Positions 24,645 to 38,154 of a stretch of 64,000 nucleotides of DNA are shown here, piece after piece; position 1 is the first letter of the stretch, and each line of letters begins with the position of its first letter. The notes under the pieces are model-generated. The model made no database searches. It saw nothing but the letters and a program-made list of their open reading frames with translations, and was not told the DNA's origin. The position numbers were made by a program, and so were the translations under genes. The stretch comes from Somniosus microcephalus (taxonomy: Eukaryota): the NCBI GenBank assembly GCA_052327205.1, contig CM126208.1, positions 255,998,001 to 256,062,000 on the forward strand, written 5' to 3'.

Positions 24645-27628
24645 ATGGCAGGGGGTTGGGAACCTGAGCAGGGAGACAGAGGAAAGGGAAACAAGGATAG
24701 AAGCAAAAGATAGGAAGGAGAAAAACAAAAGTGGCAGTCAGAGAAATCAACGGTTTAAATCAAACGTGGCCACAGTAAATAATAATTCTAATAGGTCTAA
24801 GGGCGTTAAAAAAACAAGCCTGAAGGCTTTGTCTTAATGCGAGGAGCATTTGTCGTAAGGTGGATGAATTGGCTGCACAAATACAGGTAAACGAATATGA
24901 TTTGGTTGGGATTACGGAAACGTGGCTCAAGGATGGCCAAGGCTGGGAACTCAACATCCAGGGGTATTCAATATTCAGGAAAGATAGGCAAAAAGGAAAG
25001 GGAGGTGGGGTAGCATTACTGGTTAAAGAAGGGATTAACACAATTGTAAGGAAGGATATTAGCTCTGATGATGTGGAATCTGTATGGGTAGAATTGAGAA
25101 ATACCAAGGGGCAGAAAACATTAGTGGGAGTGGTATATAGACCTCCAAACAGTAAGGCGGAGGTTGGGGATGGCATTAAAAGGGAAATTAAAGAAGCGTG
25201 CAATAAGGGCACAGCAGTCATCATGGGTGACTTTAATCTACATATAGATTGGGCTAACCAAATTAGTAACAATACTGTGGAGGAGGAATTCCTGGTGTGT
25301 TTACGGGATGGTTTCCTGGACCAATATGTCGAGGAACCAACCAGAGATCAGGCCATCTTAGACTGGGTATTATGTAACGAGAAAGGATTAATGAGCAATC
25401 TTGTTGTACGAGGCCCCTTGGGTCGGAGCGATCATAATATGATAGAATTCTTCATTAAGATGGAGAATGAAGTAGTTGACTCAGAGACTAGGGTCCTAAA
25501 TTTAAATAAAGGAAACTACGATGGTCTGAGGCACGAGTTGAGTAGGATTGATTGGGGAATGTCACTGAAAGGGTTGACGGTGGATAGGCAATGGCAAACA
25601 TTCAAAGACCGCATGGAAGAACTACAGAATTTGTTCATCCCAGTTTGGCATAAAAAGAAAACAAAAAAGGTGACTCAACCGTGGCTAACAAAGGAAATTA
25701 GTGATAGCATAAGATCCAAGGAGGGGACATATAAATTGGCCAGAAAAAGCAACAATCCTGAGGATTGGGAGCAGTTTAGGATTCAACAAAGGAGGACAAA
25801 GGGATTAATTAAGAAGGGGAAAATAGAATATGAGAGTAAGCTTGCAGGGAACATAAAAACTGACTGTAAAAGCTTTTATAGATATGTGAAGAGAAAAAGA
25901 TTGGTGAAGTCAAGGGTAGGTCCCTTGCAGTCAGAATCAGGGGAATTTATAATGGGGAATAAAGAAATGACAGACCAACTAAATACATATTTTGGTTCTG
26001 TCTTCACAAAGGAGGACACAAATAAACTCCCAGAGATGCTGGGGAACATAGGGTCTGATGAAAGGGTGGAACTGAAAGAAATCAGTATTTGTAGGGAAAT
26101 GGTGTTAGGGAAATTGATGGGACTGAAGGCCGATAAATCCCCAGGGCCTGATAATCTACATCCTAGGGTACTTAAGGAAGTGGCTCTAGAAATAGTAGAT
26201 GCATTGCTGATCATCTTCCAACATTCGATGGAATCTGGAACAGTACCCTTGGATTGGAGGGTCGCTAATGCTACCCCACTATTCAAAAAAGGTGGTAGAG
26301 AGATAACGGGGAATTACAGACTGGTAAACCTGACATCGGTAGTGGGGAAAATGCTAGGGTCCATTATAAAAGATGTAATAGCAGAGCACTTGGAAAACAA
26401 CAGTGACAGGATCGGACAAAGTCAACATGGATTCACAAAAGGTAAATCGTGCTTGACTAATCTACTGGAACTTTTTGCGGATGTAACTGGTAAAATAGCT
26501 AAGGGAGAACCAGTGGATGTGGTGTATCTGGACTTTCAGAAGGCCTTCGATAAGGTCCCGCATAAGAGATTAGCGTGTAAAGTTAAGGCACATGGGATTG
26601 GGGGCAAGGTATTGACTTGGATTTAGAACTGGTTGGCAGACAGAAAGCAAAGAGTTGGAATAAACGAGTCTTTTTCCGAATGGCAGGCAGTGACTAGTGG
26701 GGTACCGCAGGGATCGGTCCTTGGACCCCAGCTATTCACAATATATATAAATGATCTGGACAAGGGAACTAGATGTAATATCTCCAAATTTGCAGACGAC
26801 ACAAAGCTGGGTGGGTGTGTGTGCTGTGAGGAGGATGTCGAGAAACTCCAGGATGATTTGCACATGTTGGGTGATTGGGCAGAAACATGGCAGATGCAAT
26901 ATAACGTGGATAAATGTGAGGTTATCCACTTTGGTGGCAAAAACAGGAAGGCAGATTATTATCTAAATGGCAATAGATTGGGAGAAGGGGAAGTGCAACG
27001 AGACCTGGGTGTCCTTGTGCACCAGTCACTGAAGGTAAGCATGCAGGTGCAGCAGGCGGTTAAGAAGGCAAATGGTATGTTGGCCTTCGTAGCGAGAGGG
27101 TTTGAGTACAGGAGCAAGGATGTCTTGCTGCAGTTGTACAGGGCCTTGGTGAGACCACATCTTGAGTATTGTGTGCAGTTTTGGTCGCCTTATCTGAGGA
27201 AGGATGTTCTTGCCATGGAAGGAGTTCAGCGAAGATTCACCAGGCTAATACCTGGGATGGCAGGAATGACGTATGATGACAGATTGGGTTGATTGGACTT
27301 ATATTCGCTGGAGTTTAGAAGAATGAGAGGTGATCTCATTGAAACTTATAAAATTCTGACAGGACTAGACGGACTAGATGCAGGAAGGATGTTCCTGATG
27401 GTCGGGGAGTCCAGAACCAGGGGTTACAGTCTAAAGATAAGGGGTAGGCCATTTAGGACTGAGATGAGGAGGAATTTCTTCACCCAGAGAGTAGTGAACC
27501 TGTGGAATTCTCTACCACAGAAGGCAGTTGAGGTCAATTCATTAAATATATTCAAGAAGGAGTTAGCTATATTTCTTATGACTAAAGGGATCAAGGGATA
27601 TGGGGAGAAAGCAGGGACCGGGTACTGA
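24645..27628 (+). pseudogene. CR1-B ORF2 endonuclease-reverse transcriptase, disrupted
   Basis: GITETW, GDFN, SDHN, QHGF, DFQKAFD, GVPQGSVLGP, FADD; stops at 26624 and 27290 and a frameshift near 24830. Confidence 0.93.
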
Positions 27629-27728
27629 ATTTGGATGATCAGCCATGATCTCATTAAATGGCGGAGCAGGCTCGAGGGGCTGAATGGCCTACTCCTGCTC
27701 CTATCTTCTATGTTTCTATGTTTCTATG

Positions 27729-28806
27729 ATCATAAGTCAATCTGTTAGAGCATCAGAATCATTATCAGTGACTCATGCTATGTCAATGAGAGAGATTCCA
27801 AACTATTCTTTCACCAGCTTGCTGTGATGTGCCCTTCTGTCCGTCCCTCACTTGGGTATCCCCCTTGATCCCAGCAATTTCCAGGGCCGCCTCCTCCCAG
27901 GGCTACTGAGGGTGGCTCTCCTCCTGTCACTGCTCTTTCCCTCTTATTGTGGGCTCTCTTTTCCTGCAATGAGGGACACAAGTGGAGTTTGAGTGAGAAT
28001 TAAGGAGTGAGTGTAGTGAATCCATAGCATAGATACTTAGAAGGATAAAAGGACACTCCCTCTGTGTTGTAAGTTGTTGTTGTCATGGCATCACTGTGAT
28101 AGGGCGTGTGAGGGCTGCATGGTCGAATAGTTAAGTGAATGTGACTATAGAGGGAGCGGGAATGGGTAAGGGTGCAGCGATGCAAGTGTCAAGTGGCAGG
28201 TGGAGGAAGAGGTTGGCAAAGCAGAGTGCTGGTGAGGAGAGGCGATGGGAATCAGATTGAGGGTGATGGGAAAGTCATACTCACTTTTCCTGTGCGGAGA
28301 AGGTCATGAAACCTCTTCCTGCATTGCAGCCAGGTTCTGTGGCTCATCGAAATGGAATTGACCTCCTGGGCCACTTGTAGCCACACAGCTTTTGTCTGCT
28401 GGGATGGCTTTTTTCTCCCTGAAGAAGGAAACAGCACCTCCTTATTACAGCTGGCTCCGTACACCAGAGCTTGGAGGGAGGGCTCATCAAACCGAGGAGC
28501 ACACTTTTGCTTGATCGTTGACATTTTCCACAATTCAACTCCTTCATATAAATTGCAGAACCTTTGCAGTCTCCAGAAGAATCAAGGCTGCTTGCAGGCC
28601 TTAAATCCAACAGCGTTGATGACGTCATCGGAGGCGACTTTCTGTATGAAAAGACTCATTGGGCCAGTGGTTCCCACACGCAGGAAATCAATTGCCCAAT
28701 TAGGGGAAAATCCCATTTTTTCAACACATCACTTAGGAGTCGGGGTCCTGACACAATTTCCACCTGACACGCCCCAGCCCGCCCACACACTGACAAAATC
28801 CAGCCC
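27729..28806 (-). mobile_element. Partial Harbinger (Myb/SANT gene 5' part and right TIR)
   Basis: Colinear with 39489-40583; ORF APRFDEPSLQALV...W.QVA.EVN...RTWLQCRKRFHDL; ends aaaatccagccc. Confidence 0.88.
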
Positions 28807-29367
28807 TTGGAGTACTGCGTACAATTCTGGTCGCCATACTATGAAAATCATATACAGGCACTGGAGAGGGTGCAGAGAAGATTTACAAGGACGATATCAG
28901 AAATGCGAGGGTGTACCTATCAGGAAAGGATGAACAGGCTGGGTCTGTTTTCTTTTGAAAAAAGAAGGCTGAGGGGTGACTTAATAGAGGTCTTTAAAAT
29001 TATAAAGGGTTTTGATAGAGTGGATACAGAGAGAGTGTTTCCACTTGTGGGAAAGAACATAACTAGAGGCCATCAATATAAGATAGTCAGCAAGAAATCC
29101 AATAGGGAATTCAGAAGAAACCTCTTTACCCAGAGAGTGGTGAGAATGTGGAACTCGCTACCACAGGGAGTGGTTGAGGTGAATAATATAGATGCGTTAA
29201 AGGGGAGGCTGGACAAACATATGGGGGAGAAGGGAATAGAGGGCTATGCTGACAGAATTAGATGAGGAAAGACGGGAGGAGGCTCAAGTGGAGCATAAAT
29301 GCCGGCATGGACTGGTTGGGCCGAATGGCCTGTTTCTGCACCGTATATCCTATGTAATCCTATGTAA
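28807..29367 (+). mobile_element. CR1 3' end (probably the remainder of CR1-A)
   Basis: [10 protein letters not shown]...; (atcctatgta)n tail followed by the rest of the SINE split at 19655. Confidence 0.85.
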
Positions 29368-29657
29368 AACCAATTTGCACACAGCAGGCTCCCACAATCA
29401 GCAATGTGATAATGCCCAGATCATCTATTTTTTTGATGTTTGTTGAGGGATAAATATTGGCCAGGACACCGGGGAGAACCTTCATGCTCTTCTTTGAAAT
29501 AGTGCCATTGGATCTTTTACATCCACCTGAGAGTGAAGACGGAGCCTCGGTTTAACATCTCATCTAAAAGACCCCACCTCCGACAGTGCAGCACTCCCTC
29601 AGCACTGCACTGGGCGTGTCAGCCTAGATTTTGTGCTCAAGTCTCTGGAGTGGGACT
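29368..29657 (-). mobile_element. SacSINE1-like SINE, continuation of 19543-19655
   Basis: Resumes at the consensus position where the left part stops. Confidence 0.8.
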
Positions 29658-29846
29658 GCAGAAGGGCTGAGGGCAAGTTTAAGGACAGGTGCCAGCTACA
29701 GGTTCATGAGAGCATTCTGCTTTTCTTTCATCTCATCCTATTGTAAACTGCATTAACTCTCAGCAAACCCTACAGCCCCCCTCCCTACTGAAAGTGACAC
29801 GTGAACTCAGCTCCTCAGCAACTCATTCTAACCTTTTTACCTCCTC

Positions 29847-30108
29847 TATAAGAACATAAGAAATAGGAGCAGGAGTAGGCCATACAGCCCCTCAAGCCTG
29901 CTCCGCCATTCAAAAAGATCATGGTTGATCTTCAACCTCAACTCCACTTTCCTGCCCGATCCCCATATCCCTTGATACCCTTAGAGTCCAAAAATCTATC
30001 TATCTCAGCCTTGAATATACTCAATGACTGAACATCCACAGCCCTCTGGGGTAGCGAATTCCCAATATTCACAGCCCTCTGAGTGAAGAAATTTCTACTC
30101 ATCTCAGA
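29847..30108 (-). mobile_element. CR1 3' fragment
   Basis: EMSRNFFTQRAVN...; CR1 tail. Confidence 0.88.
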
Positions 30109-31144
30109 CATAAAAAGAAAAAAGATAAAGAAAAACTTGCATTTGTATAGCACCTTTCGTGAGCACCCCAAATTGCTTTGCAGCCAATTAAGCCACTTCC
30201 GGCCTCCAAATGATTCTGGCTGGGATACAGACAATTATGTCTCAGGGCTTCACCATTCTCACTGGAACCATTAGGTTTGCTTTCCCACCGAGCAGTGGCC
30301 CTGTAGAGCCAGTGCCCAGTACGAGTGGCATAGCAGGAGCGTACTCAGGTACTGGTGCTGTCTTTCAGGATGCTTGCCCTCCCGCAAGCCCACACAGATG
30401 CCTATGATATGCGGCAGAAAGAAGGCAGAGCGATGCTGGCCACAAGAAGTGTAGCCGTCCAATAGCTTGTCTTTCTGGGTCAAAGAGTGCTGGCATGGCG
30501 GACTGCCTTAACATGAGGGCATCTTGGCAACTGCCGGGAAAGGGAGGAATCACCCGCATGATGCAATGCTGCTGGTCGCAAACAAATTGGGAGTTGAGAG
30601 AATGGAATCCTTTCCTGTTGAAGTATGCGATGGAGTTGATCAAAGGAGCAGGTACAGCCATGCGGGTGCAACCTATGACTCCTTGGAGGATGGGGAATCC
30701 TACTCTGTAAAACTCTCAGGCTGCCGCTAGTTGGCCATGGGGAAGTGGATACATTGGCTTGCTGTTGCGAGCAATGCATTTGCGACTTGCTTCCAGCATC
30801 TGTGCACAGCCGATTGGTTAATGCCGCTGTTGCCTCCAGTGGCAGCCTGGAGTGATCCCGTGAGCCTAAAAGCTCAAGACGGTTGTAATTTTGACATCAA
30901 CGGCAGTACGATGCCTATGGTGGAAATGGGCTGTAGCTCAGGTTGAAACGTATGGCATAACTCATTGATGGCTTCCTTTGTGAAGCGCAGCCTCCACAAG
31001 CATTGTTCCTGCTGTCGGCTGGAGGTGGGAGCACCTTGGTCTGTATACTCCAGTGCGGCGGATATCTGTGGGTGGTGCCATACGTCTTCTGTACTGCCTG
31101 ATCCCACCCTGGCTCCACTCCTTAGCTCATCCTACCCTAAAAAA

Positions 31145-31510
31145 AAACAAAGATACAGGGCTAACAACAGAAAACGCTGGAAAAACTCAGCAGGCCAGGC
31201 AACATCCGTGGAGAGAAACAGTCAACGTTTCAGGTCGAAGACCCTTCGTCAGAACTGAGAAAAAAGCAGGAAATGAAACAGGTTAAAAAGTAAGTTTGGG
31301 GGCTGGGAAATGGGGGAGGGGATGAAAGAACAAAAGAGAAAGTCTGTGGGGGGTGGAGAGACATTAAGAGATATTCAAGGCGAGATGAGATGGTAATAGG
31401 ACAGGTAAAGACACAAAGGATAGCTCTGGATGAAGTGTGAAATACGCTGGCAGAATGAAAGACAGCTGCCATGCAGGAGAGAAAAAAAAGAGGGAAAAGG
31501 CACAAACCAA
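31145..31510 (-). mobile_element. Penelope-like element 3' tail
   Basis: Homologous to 63400-63735 and 5600-5953. Confidence 0.8.
31219..31257 (-). ncRNA. Minimal type I hammerhead ribozyme motif (Penelope-associated)
   Basis: Minus strand CAGUU-CUGACGA-AGGGUC-UUC-GACCU-GAAAC-GUU-GACUG: core boxes, stem I, stem II and palindromic AACGUU stem III. Confidence 0.75.
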
Positions 31511-32142
31511 AAGTGTGGACACAGGGCTATTCCTGTCGGGAAATCCATCGTGGCGTCTTTAGAATTGGGATGGGCGGGGTGGGGGGAGGGGCAGTCAGCA
31601 GAAGGCACAAAGGGATCAAGCAGTTGTCAACAAAATAAAAGGCCAAAATCACCTGAGAAATAAGCTTTCTATGAATCTTTTTAAATTACCGGCTGGGCCC
31701 TTTAAATCCATTCTGGACGTTATTCTATGCGGGCTTGATTGATGCTCAATGGAAATGAGGCAGCAATGTCACAAAATGGGGCGTATTTACTGTCTGATTA
31801 AATATACCAGCCACTTTCAGGGCTGGAAGTGACGGCAGGAGCTTTGGGGTGAGCTCAGCCAATTCGCCAGAAAATCTTGGTTGTAAAGACGAACCGCTTT
31901 GCTTTTTAATAAAAAAAAATTGACAAACTATTTCTTAATTAAATATTCCAATATTCAGTAATTAGATTCATTCCACAGCTGGGACTCCATCTCATCCAGC
32001 CAATTAGGCAGTTGAATGACAGACATATTGATAGGCTTGGAATGCAACCTGTTACCATGGAATTCAGTGAATAAAATCAACGTGTGAATTTGTTCTAATG
32101 AAAATACTTTCGTGCTGTCTGGTAAGATGGCCCAGCCCAGCA

Positions 32143-32455
32143 TAACAACAACAACAACTTGCATTTATATAGCATCTTTAACAGCGTAAAACATCCCAAG
32201 GCGCTTCACAGGAGCGATTATCAGACAATATTTGACACCGAGCCACATAAGGAGATATTAGGGCAGTTGGTCAAAGAGGTAGGTTTTAAAGTGCATCGTA
32301 AAGGAGGAAAGAGAGGTAGAGAGGCAGAGAGGTTTAGGGAGGGAATCCCAGAGCTTAGGGCCTAGGCAGCTGAAGGCACGGCCGCCAGTGGTGGAGCGAT
32401 TAAAATCGGGGATGCTCAGGAGGCCAGAATTAGAGGAGCGCTGAGATCTCAGAGG
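32143..32455 (-). mobile_element. L2 LINE 3' end
   Basis: GGRAFSCLGPKLWDSLP; (gtt)n tail. Confidence 0.88.
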
Positions 32456-32639
32456 GATAACACGACAAGATAATACTATAGTCCAGACAATGAGATGTGG
32501 AAGGATAACTTTCTGATCTTGCCCACTATAGAATGTGGAGCACAGTTGGATTTGTGGGTTATATGTCTCACACCTCACAGAAATGTACACACTACAGGCC
32601 ATACTATTGTAATGATTTCTATCATACTTGTGCTCGCAG

Positions 32640-32980
32640 ATAGAATAGATAGGGATAAACTGTTTCCACTGGCAGGAGGGTCGGTAACCAGAGGACACAG
32701 ATTTAAAATAAGTGGCAAAAAAAACAGGGGGGAGATGAGGAGATTTTTTTCTTTTACACAGTAAGTTGTTATGATCTGAAATGTACTGCCTGAAAGGGCG
32801 GTGGAAGCAGATTCAGTAGGGACTTTCAAGAGAATTGGATAAATATTTTAAAAGGAAAATTTGCAGGACTATGGGGAAGAGCAGGGCGGGTAGTGGGACT
32901 AATTGGATCGCTCTTTCAAAGAGCCGGCACAGGCATGGTGGGCCGAATGGCCTGCTTCTGTGCTCTATGATTCTATGGTT
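32640..32980 (+). mobile_element. CR1 3' fragment
   Basis: DRIDRDKLFPL...TRGHRFK; CR1 tail. Confidence 0.85.
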
Positions 32981-33595
32981 CATGCTGTACTTAACTAAAG
33001 GAAAGAAATCTACTATAAAGTATACTGTAGCAAAATCATATAGTATCTTACTACAGTATTTAACATTTATTACCGTACATTGAACAGGGGTGAACATCAT
33101 CTGCAAGAGATCTACATTACAATAGACTCTGAAATAATCCATTATTATAGTACTAGCATAACTAGAATACATATGAAGTTATAAGACTGTTTATCATGCA
33201 AATAATTCTGTGTTACTATAGACTAGTGATACAATATAATCTATGGAAATATTTTGATAGCATAATTTAACACATACAAAATAATTTATATCTGGGAGCA
33301 GTTTACAAAGCAGTAGACTATTCAGGGGATACATCAACCCCTCCCTCTGCAAATAGATTAGTAATGTGTTTTTATTTGCTTTTTTATCTTGCCCTCATTT
33401 TTTTCCCCTTTATAGGGTTTCATTGCTCTAGATCTGTATTTATGCCAAATGTGGGAGTCAGTGTTGTTGCTATCTATCTATCTATCTGTGGCATCAACAC
33501 TTACATAAAAACATAGAAGATTGGAGCAGGAGTAGGCCATTCGGCCCCTCGAGCCTGCTCCGCCATTTAATGAGATCATGGCTGATCATCCAAAT

Positions 33596-36382
33596 TCAGT
33601 ACCCTGTCCCTGCTTTCTCCCCATATCTCTTGATCCCTTCAGCCTTAAGAAATATATCTAACTCCTTCTTGAATATATTTAATGAATTGGCCTCAACTGT
33701 CTTCTGTGGTAGAGAATTCCACAGGTTCACCACTCTCTGGGTGAAGAAATTCCTCCTCATCTCTGTCCTAAATGTCTTACCCCTTATCCTTAGACTGTGA
33801 CCCCTGGTTCTGGACTCCCCTGCCATCGGGAACATCCTTCCTGCATCTAGTCTGTCTAGAATTTTATAAGTTTCAATGAGATCCCCTCTCATTCTTCTAA
33901 ACTCTTGCGAAAATAAGCCCAATCGACCCAATCTCTCCTCATACGTCATTCTTGCCATCCCAGGTATCAGTCTGGTGAATCTTCGCTGCACTCCCTCCAT
34001 GGCAAGAACATCCTTCCTCAGATAAGGCGACCAAAACTGCACATAATACCCAAGGTGTGGTCTCACCAAGGCCCTGTACAACTGTAGCAAGACATCGTTG
34101 CTCCTGTACTCGAATCCTCTCGCTATGAAGGCCAACATACCATTTGCCTACTTAACCATCTGCTGCACCTGCATGCTTACCTTCAGCGACTGGTGCACAA
34201 GGACACCCAGGTCTTGTTGCATTTCCCCTTCTCCCAATCTATTGCCGTTCAGATAATAATCTGCCTTCCTGTTTCTGCCGCCGAAGTGGATAACCTCGCA
34301 TTTATCCACATTATACTGCATCTGCCATGCATCTGCCCAATCACCCAACCTGTCCAAATCATACTGGAGTTTCTCTGCATCCTCCTCACAGCACACATGC
34401 CCACCCAGCTTTGTGTCATCTGCAAACTTGGAGATATGACATCTAGTTCCCTTGTCTAGATCATTAATATATATTGTGAATAGCTGGGGTCCTAGCACTG
34501 ATCCCTGCGGTACCCCACTAGTCACTGCCTGCCACTCGGAAAAAGACCTGTTTATTACGAATCTTTCCTTCCTGTCTGCCAACCAATTCTCTATCCAAGT
34601 CAGAACCTTATCTCCAATCCCATGTGCTTTAAATTTGCATGCTAATCCCTTATGCGGGACCTTATCAAAAGCCTTCTGAAAGTCCAAATACACCACATCC
34701 ACTGGTTCTCCCTTATCTATTTACCAGTTACATCATCAAAAAATTCCAGTAGATTAGTCAAGCACGATTTACCTTTTGTAAATCCATGTTGACTTTGTCC
34801 AATCCTGTCACTGTTATCCAAGTGCTCTGCTATTACATCTTTTATAGTGGACTCTAGCATGTTCCCACTATCGATGACAGGCTTACTGGTCTATAATTCC
34901 CCGTTTTCTCTCTACCTCCTTTTTTAAATAGTGGGATTACATTAGCTACCCTCCAATCCACGGGAACTGTGCCAGAGTCTATAGAATTTTGGAAGATGAC
35001 CAGCAATGCATTTACTATTTCTAGGGCCACTTCCTTAAGTGCCCTAGGATGTAGATTATCAGGCCCTGGGGATTTATCGGCCTTCAATCCCGTCAATTTC
35101 CCTAACACCAATTCCCTAAAAATACTGATTTCATTCAGTTCCTCCCTCTCATTAGACCCTATGTTCCCCGACATCTCTGGGAGGTTATTTGTGTCCTCCT
35201 TTGTGAAGACAGAATCAAAGTATGTATTTAATTGGTCAGCCATTTCTTTGTTCCCCATTATAAATTCCCTTGATTCTGACTGCAAGGGACCTACACTTGA
35301 CTTCACCAATCTTTTTCTCTTCACATATCTATGGAAGCTTTTACAGTCAGTTTTTATGTTCCCTGAAAGCTTACTCTCATACTCTATTTCCCCCTCTTAA
35401 TTAATCCTTTTGTCCTCCTTTGCTGAATCCTAAACTGCTCCCAATCCTCAGGTTTGCTGCTTTTTCTGGCCAATTTATATGTCCTCTCCTTGGATCTTAT
35501 GCTATCCCTAATTTTCCTTGTTAGCCACGGTTGTGCCACCTTTTTTGTTTTATTTTTATGCCAGACAGGGATGAACAAATTCTGTAGTTCATCCATGCGA
35601 TCTTTAAATGTTTGCCATTGCCTATCCACCGTCAACCCTTTAAGTAACATTCCCCAATCCATCCTAGCCAACTCACGCCTCATACCATCGTAGTTTCATT
35701 TATTTAAATTCAGGACCCTAGTCTCTGAGTCAACTACTTCATTCTCCATCTTAATGAAGAATTCTATCATATTATCATTGCTCCTCCCCAAGGGGCCTCG
35801 CACAACAAGATTGCTAACCAATCATTTCTCATTGCATAATACCCAGTCTAAGATGGCCTGATCTCTAGTTGGTTCCTCGACATATTGGTCCAGGAAACCA
35901 TCCCGTATACACTCTAGGAATTCCTCCTCCACAGTATTGTTACTAATTTGGTTAGCCCAATCTATATGTATATTAAATTCACCCATGATAACTGCTGTGC
36001 CCTTATTGCACGCATCTCTAATTTCCCATTTAATGCCATCCCCAACCTCAGCATTACTGTTTGGAGGTCTGTATAAAACTCCCACTAACATTTTCTGCCC
36101 CTTGGTATTTCTCAGCTCTACCCAAAGAAATTCCACATCATCAGAGCTAATATCCTTCCTTACTATTGTGTTAATCTCCTCTTTAACCAGCAATGCTACC
36201 CCACCTCCTTTTCCTTTTTGCCTGTCCTTCCTGAATATTGAATACCCCTGGATGTTGAATTCCCAGCCTTGGTCACCTTGGAGCCATGTCTCCGTAATCC
36301 CAATTATATCATATCTGTTTACATCTATTTGCACAGCTAATTCATCCACCTTATTATGAATGCTCCTCGCATTAAGACACAA
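33596..36382 (-). pseudogene. CR1-C ORF2 (APE and RT), disrupted
   Basis: GITETW, DFQKAFD, GVPQGSVLGP, FADD spread over five ORF fragments. Confidence 0.92.
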
Positions 36383-36912
36383 AGGGCTCGAATTTCATTG
36401 GGCCATTGAGGCGGGATTGGAGGCGTGTGGGGGGTTAAAATTGCAAAAACTGGCGGGCGGGCCCAACCCCACCTCCATCCCGACTCCAAGCAATTTTCAT
36501 TAAATCGCGTCTACTGGTCTCGTTTCTGTCCCGCCTCCAAGAGGCGGGATAGTCCGTTAAGGCCCTTAACAAGCACTAAATTGCCTCTATAATGCCATTC
36601 TGATAGGCCTTGGTGATTTTAACCTTTTTCCGATGTGAAGCACGCCTATTCTGAAACACGACGGTGATACCTGGCGGTAGCACAATTGGATTACTGACTA
36701 TCAGCTGCAGCTCAACCATTAAATAGGAGATTTGATCAGCCATCATTTGCAGGTGGCAGGACTTTGTAGTTTCAGGTCTGGGGGAACTTTTAGAAGGCAT
36801 AACCACAGCTGTGGAAGTTTGGAGCCTGACACACATCTCCAGTGTGACCTCCTGGGAAAACCCTCTCACCATCTTGACTGAGCGCTTCCTCAACTGAGGA
36901 ATATACCAGAAG

Positions 36913-38154
36913 CATGGGAGGCATTTATTTCCTTGTGGACATCAGATGAGGACGAAGGCCAGCCGCGACACCAGCAGAACCATGAACAACAGCAGCACCA
37001 ACAGCAGCAGCAACAACAGGAGAGCCAAGCTGCTGTTCACCCGCCTGAAGCTGCACAGGCCAGAAGGGGCCAGCGCATGGAAGCCCGTTGGCGCAGGAGA
37101 TACCCCCCAAACAGGGTCTACGGACACAGGGTCAGCTACCTCAACATGTCTGAGCAGCAGTACCAAATGCGGCTCCGACTTTCATGACAGGTAGTGACTG
37201 ACATCTGCGCAATGCTGCAACAAGACCTGGAGCCCAGAGGACCAGGTGGACAACCCTAACCAGTGGCCGTCAAAGTCACCACCGCACTCAACTTTTTTGC
37301 CTCTGGCTCATTCCAGGGATCAGCAGCAGACATCAGCGGCATCTCCCAGGTGGCTGCACACACTTGCAACCGATGCCCTCTTTGCCCTCGCGCACAATCA
37401 CATCCATTTCACCAAGGATCAAGCAAGTGTCACGGCGCGTGCGGTTAGATTAGCTAATCTGGCAGGCTTTCCAAGGGTGCAGGGCATCGTTGACTGCACG
37501 CATGTGGCCCTTAAGGTATCCCATCGCAATCCAGGTATTTTTGTTAACCGCAAGGGCTTCCACTCCCTTAACGTTCAGCTGGTGTGTGACCACAAGAAGG
37601 AAATTTTGCATGTTTGTGCCAAATACCCTGGGAGTTGCCATGACTTCTTTATACTGTGCCAGTCTAGTGTGCCTCCGCTATTCAGTCCGCCAGACCAACT
37701 TAACGGATGACTACTTGGAGACAAGGGCTAGCCCCTGAAGACGTGACTAATGATGCCGTTGAGGAGACCATCCAACGAAGCTGAGGAGAGCTACAACTCT
37801 AGCCACATGTCCACCAGAGCCATAATCAAGCAAACCATCGGTTTGCTTCAGATGCGCTTCAGATGCCTGGATAGATCAGGTGGAGCCCTGCAGTGCTCAG
37901 CAGCCAGGGTCTCCAGAATCGTCGTGGTTTGCTGTGCATTTCACAACATGGCACAGCGTCGTGGCTTGCAGATTTCTGAGGACCAAGTGGCTCATCACAT
38001 ATCCTCCTCAGATGAGGAGGAAGAGGAGGAGGAGGAGGAGGAGGAGAGTGAAAATGAACATCTTGCAGAGGCCCATCAACCAGCGGCAGCAGTACGCGAG
38101 AACATTGCTGCCCGTGATGCAAGGAACGCACTCATTTTGGCCAGATTTGCTTAG
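36913..38154 (+). pseudogene. Harbinger DDE transposase (HARBI1-family), disrupted
   Basis: GFPRVQGIVDCTHV, NRKGFHSLNVQLVCD, YPGSCHD, GDKG, RAIIKQTIGLLQMRFRCLD, CCAFHN, acidic tail; several stops and frameshifts. Confidence 0.92.

Larger units (their letters stand above)
23033..27729 (+). mobile_element. CR1-B: near-full-length CR1 LINE
   Basis: 5' monomer array, ORF1, ORF2 (APE plus RT) and (tttctatg)n tail. Confidence 0.95.
30190..31880 (-). mobile_element. Decayed Harbinger of a second family (transposase fragments), with a Penelope tail inserted
   Basis: YFNRKGFHSLNSQFVCD...FPGSCQDALMLRQS and CLWRLRFTKEAINELC; boundaries uncertain. Confidence 0.7.

Noticed and set aside
33000-33300. AT-rich segment with a short inverted repeat (atactgtag/ctacagtat)
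   Set aside because: Too short and low-complexity to support a MITE or RNA structure call
36913-38154. Domesticated host HARBI1 gene
   Set aside because: Multiple stops and frameshifts; lies within TIRs and a TSD inside a CR1
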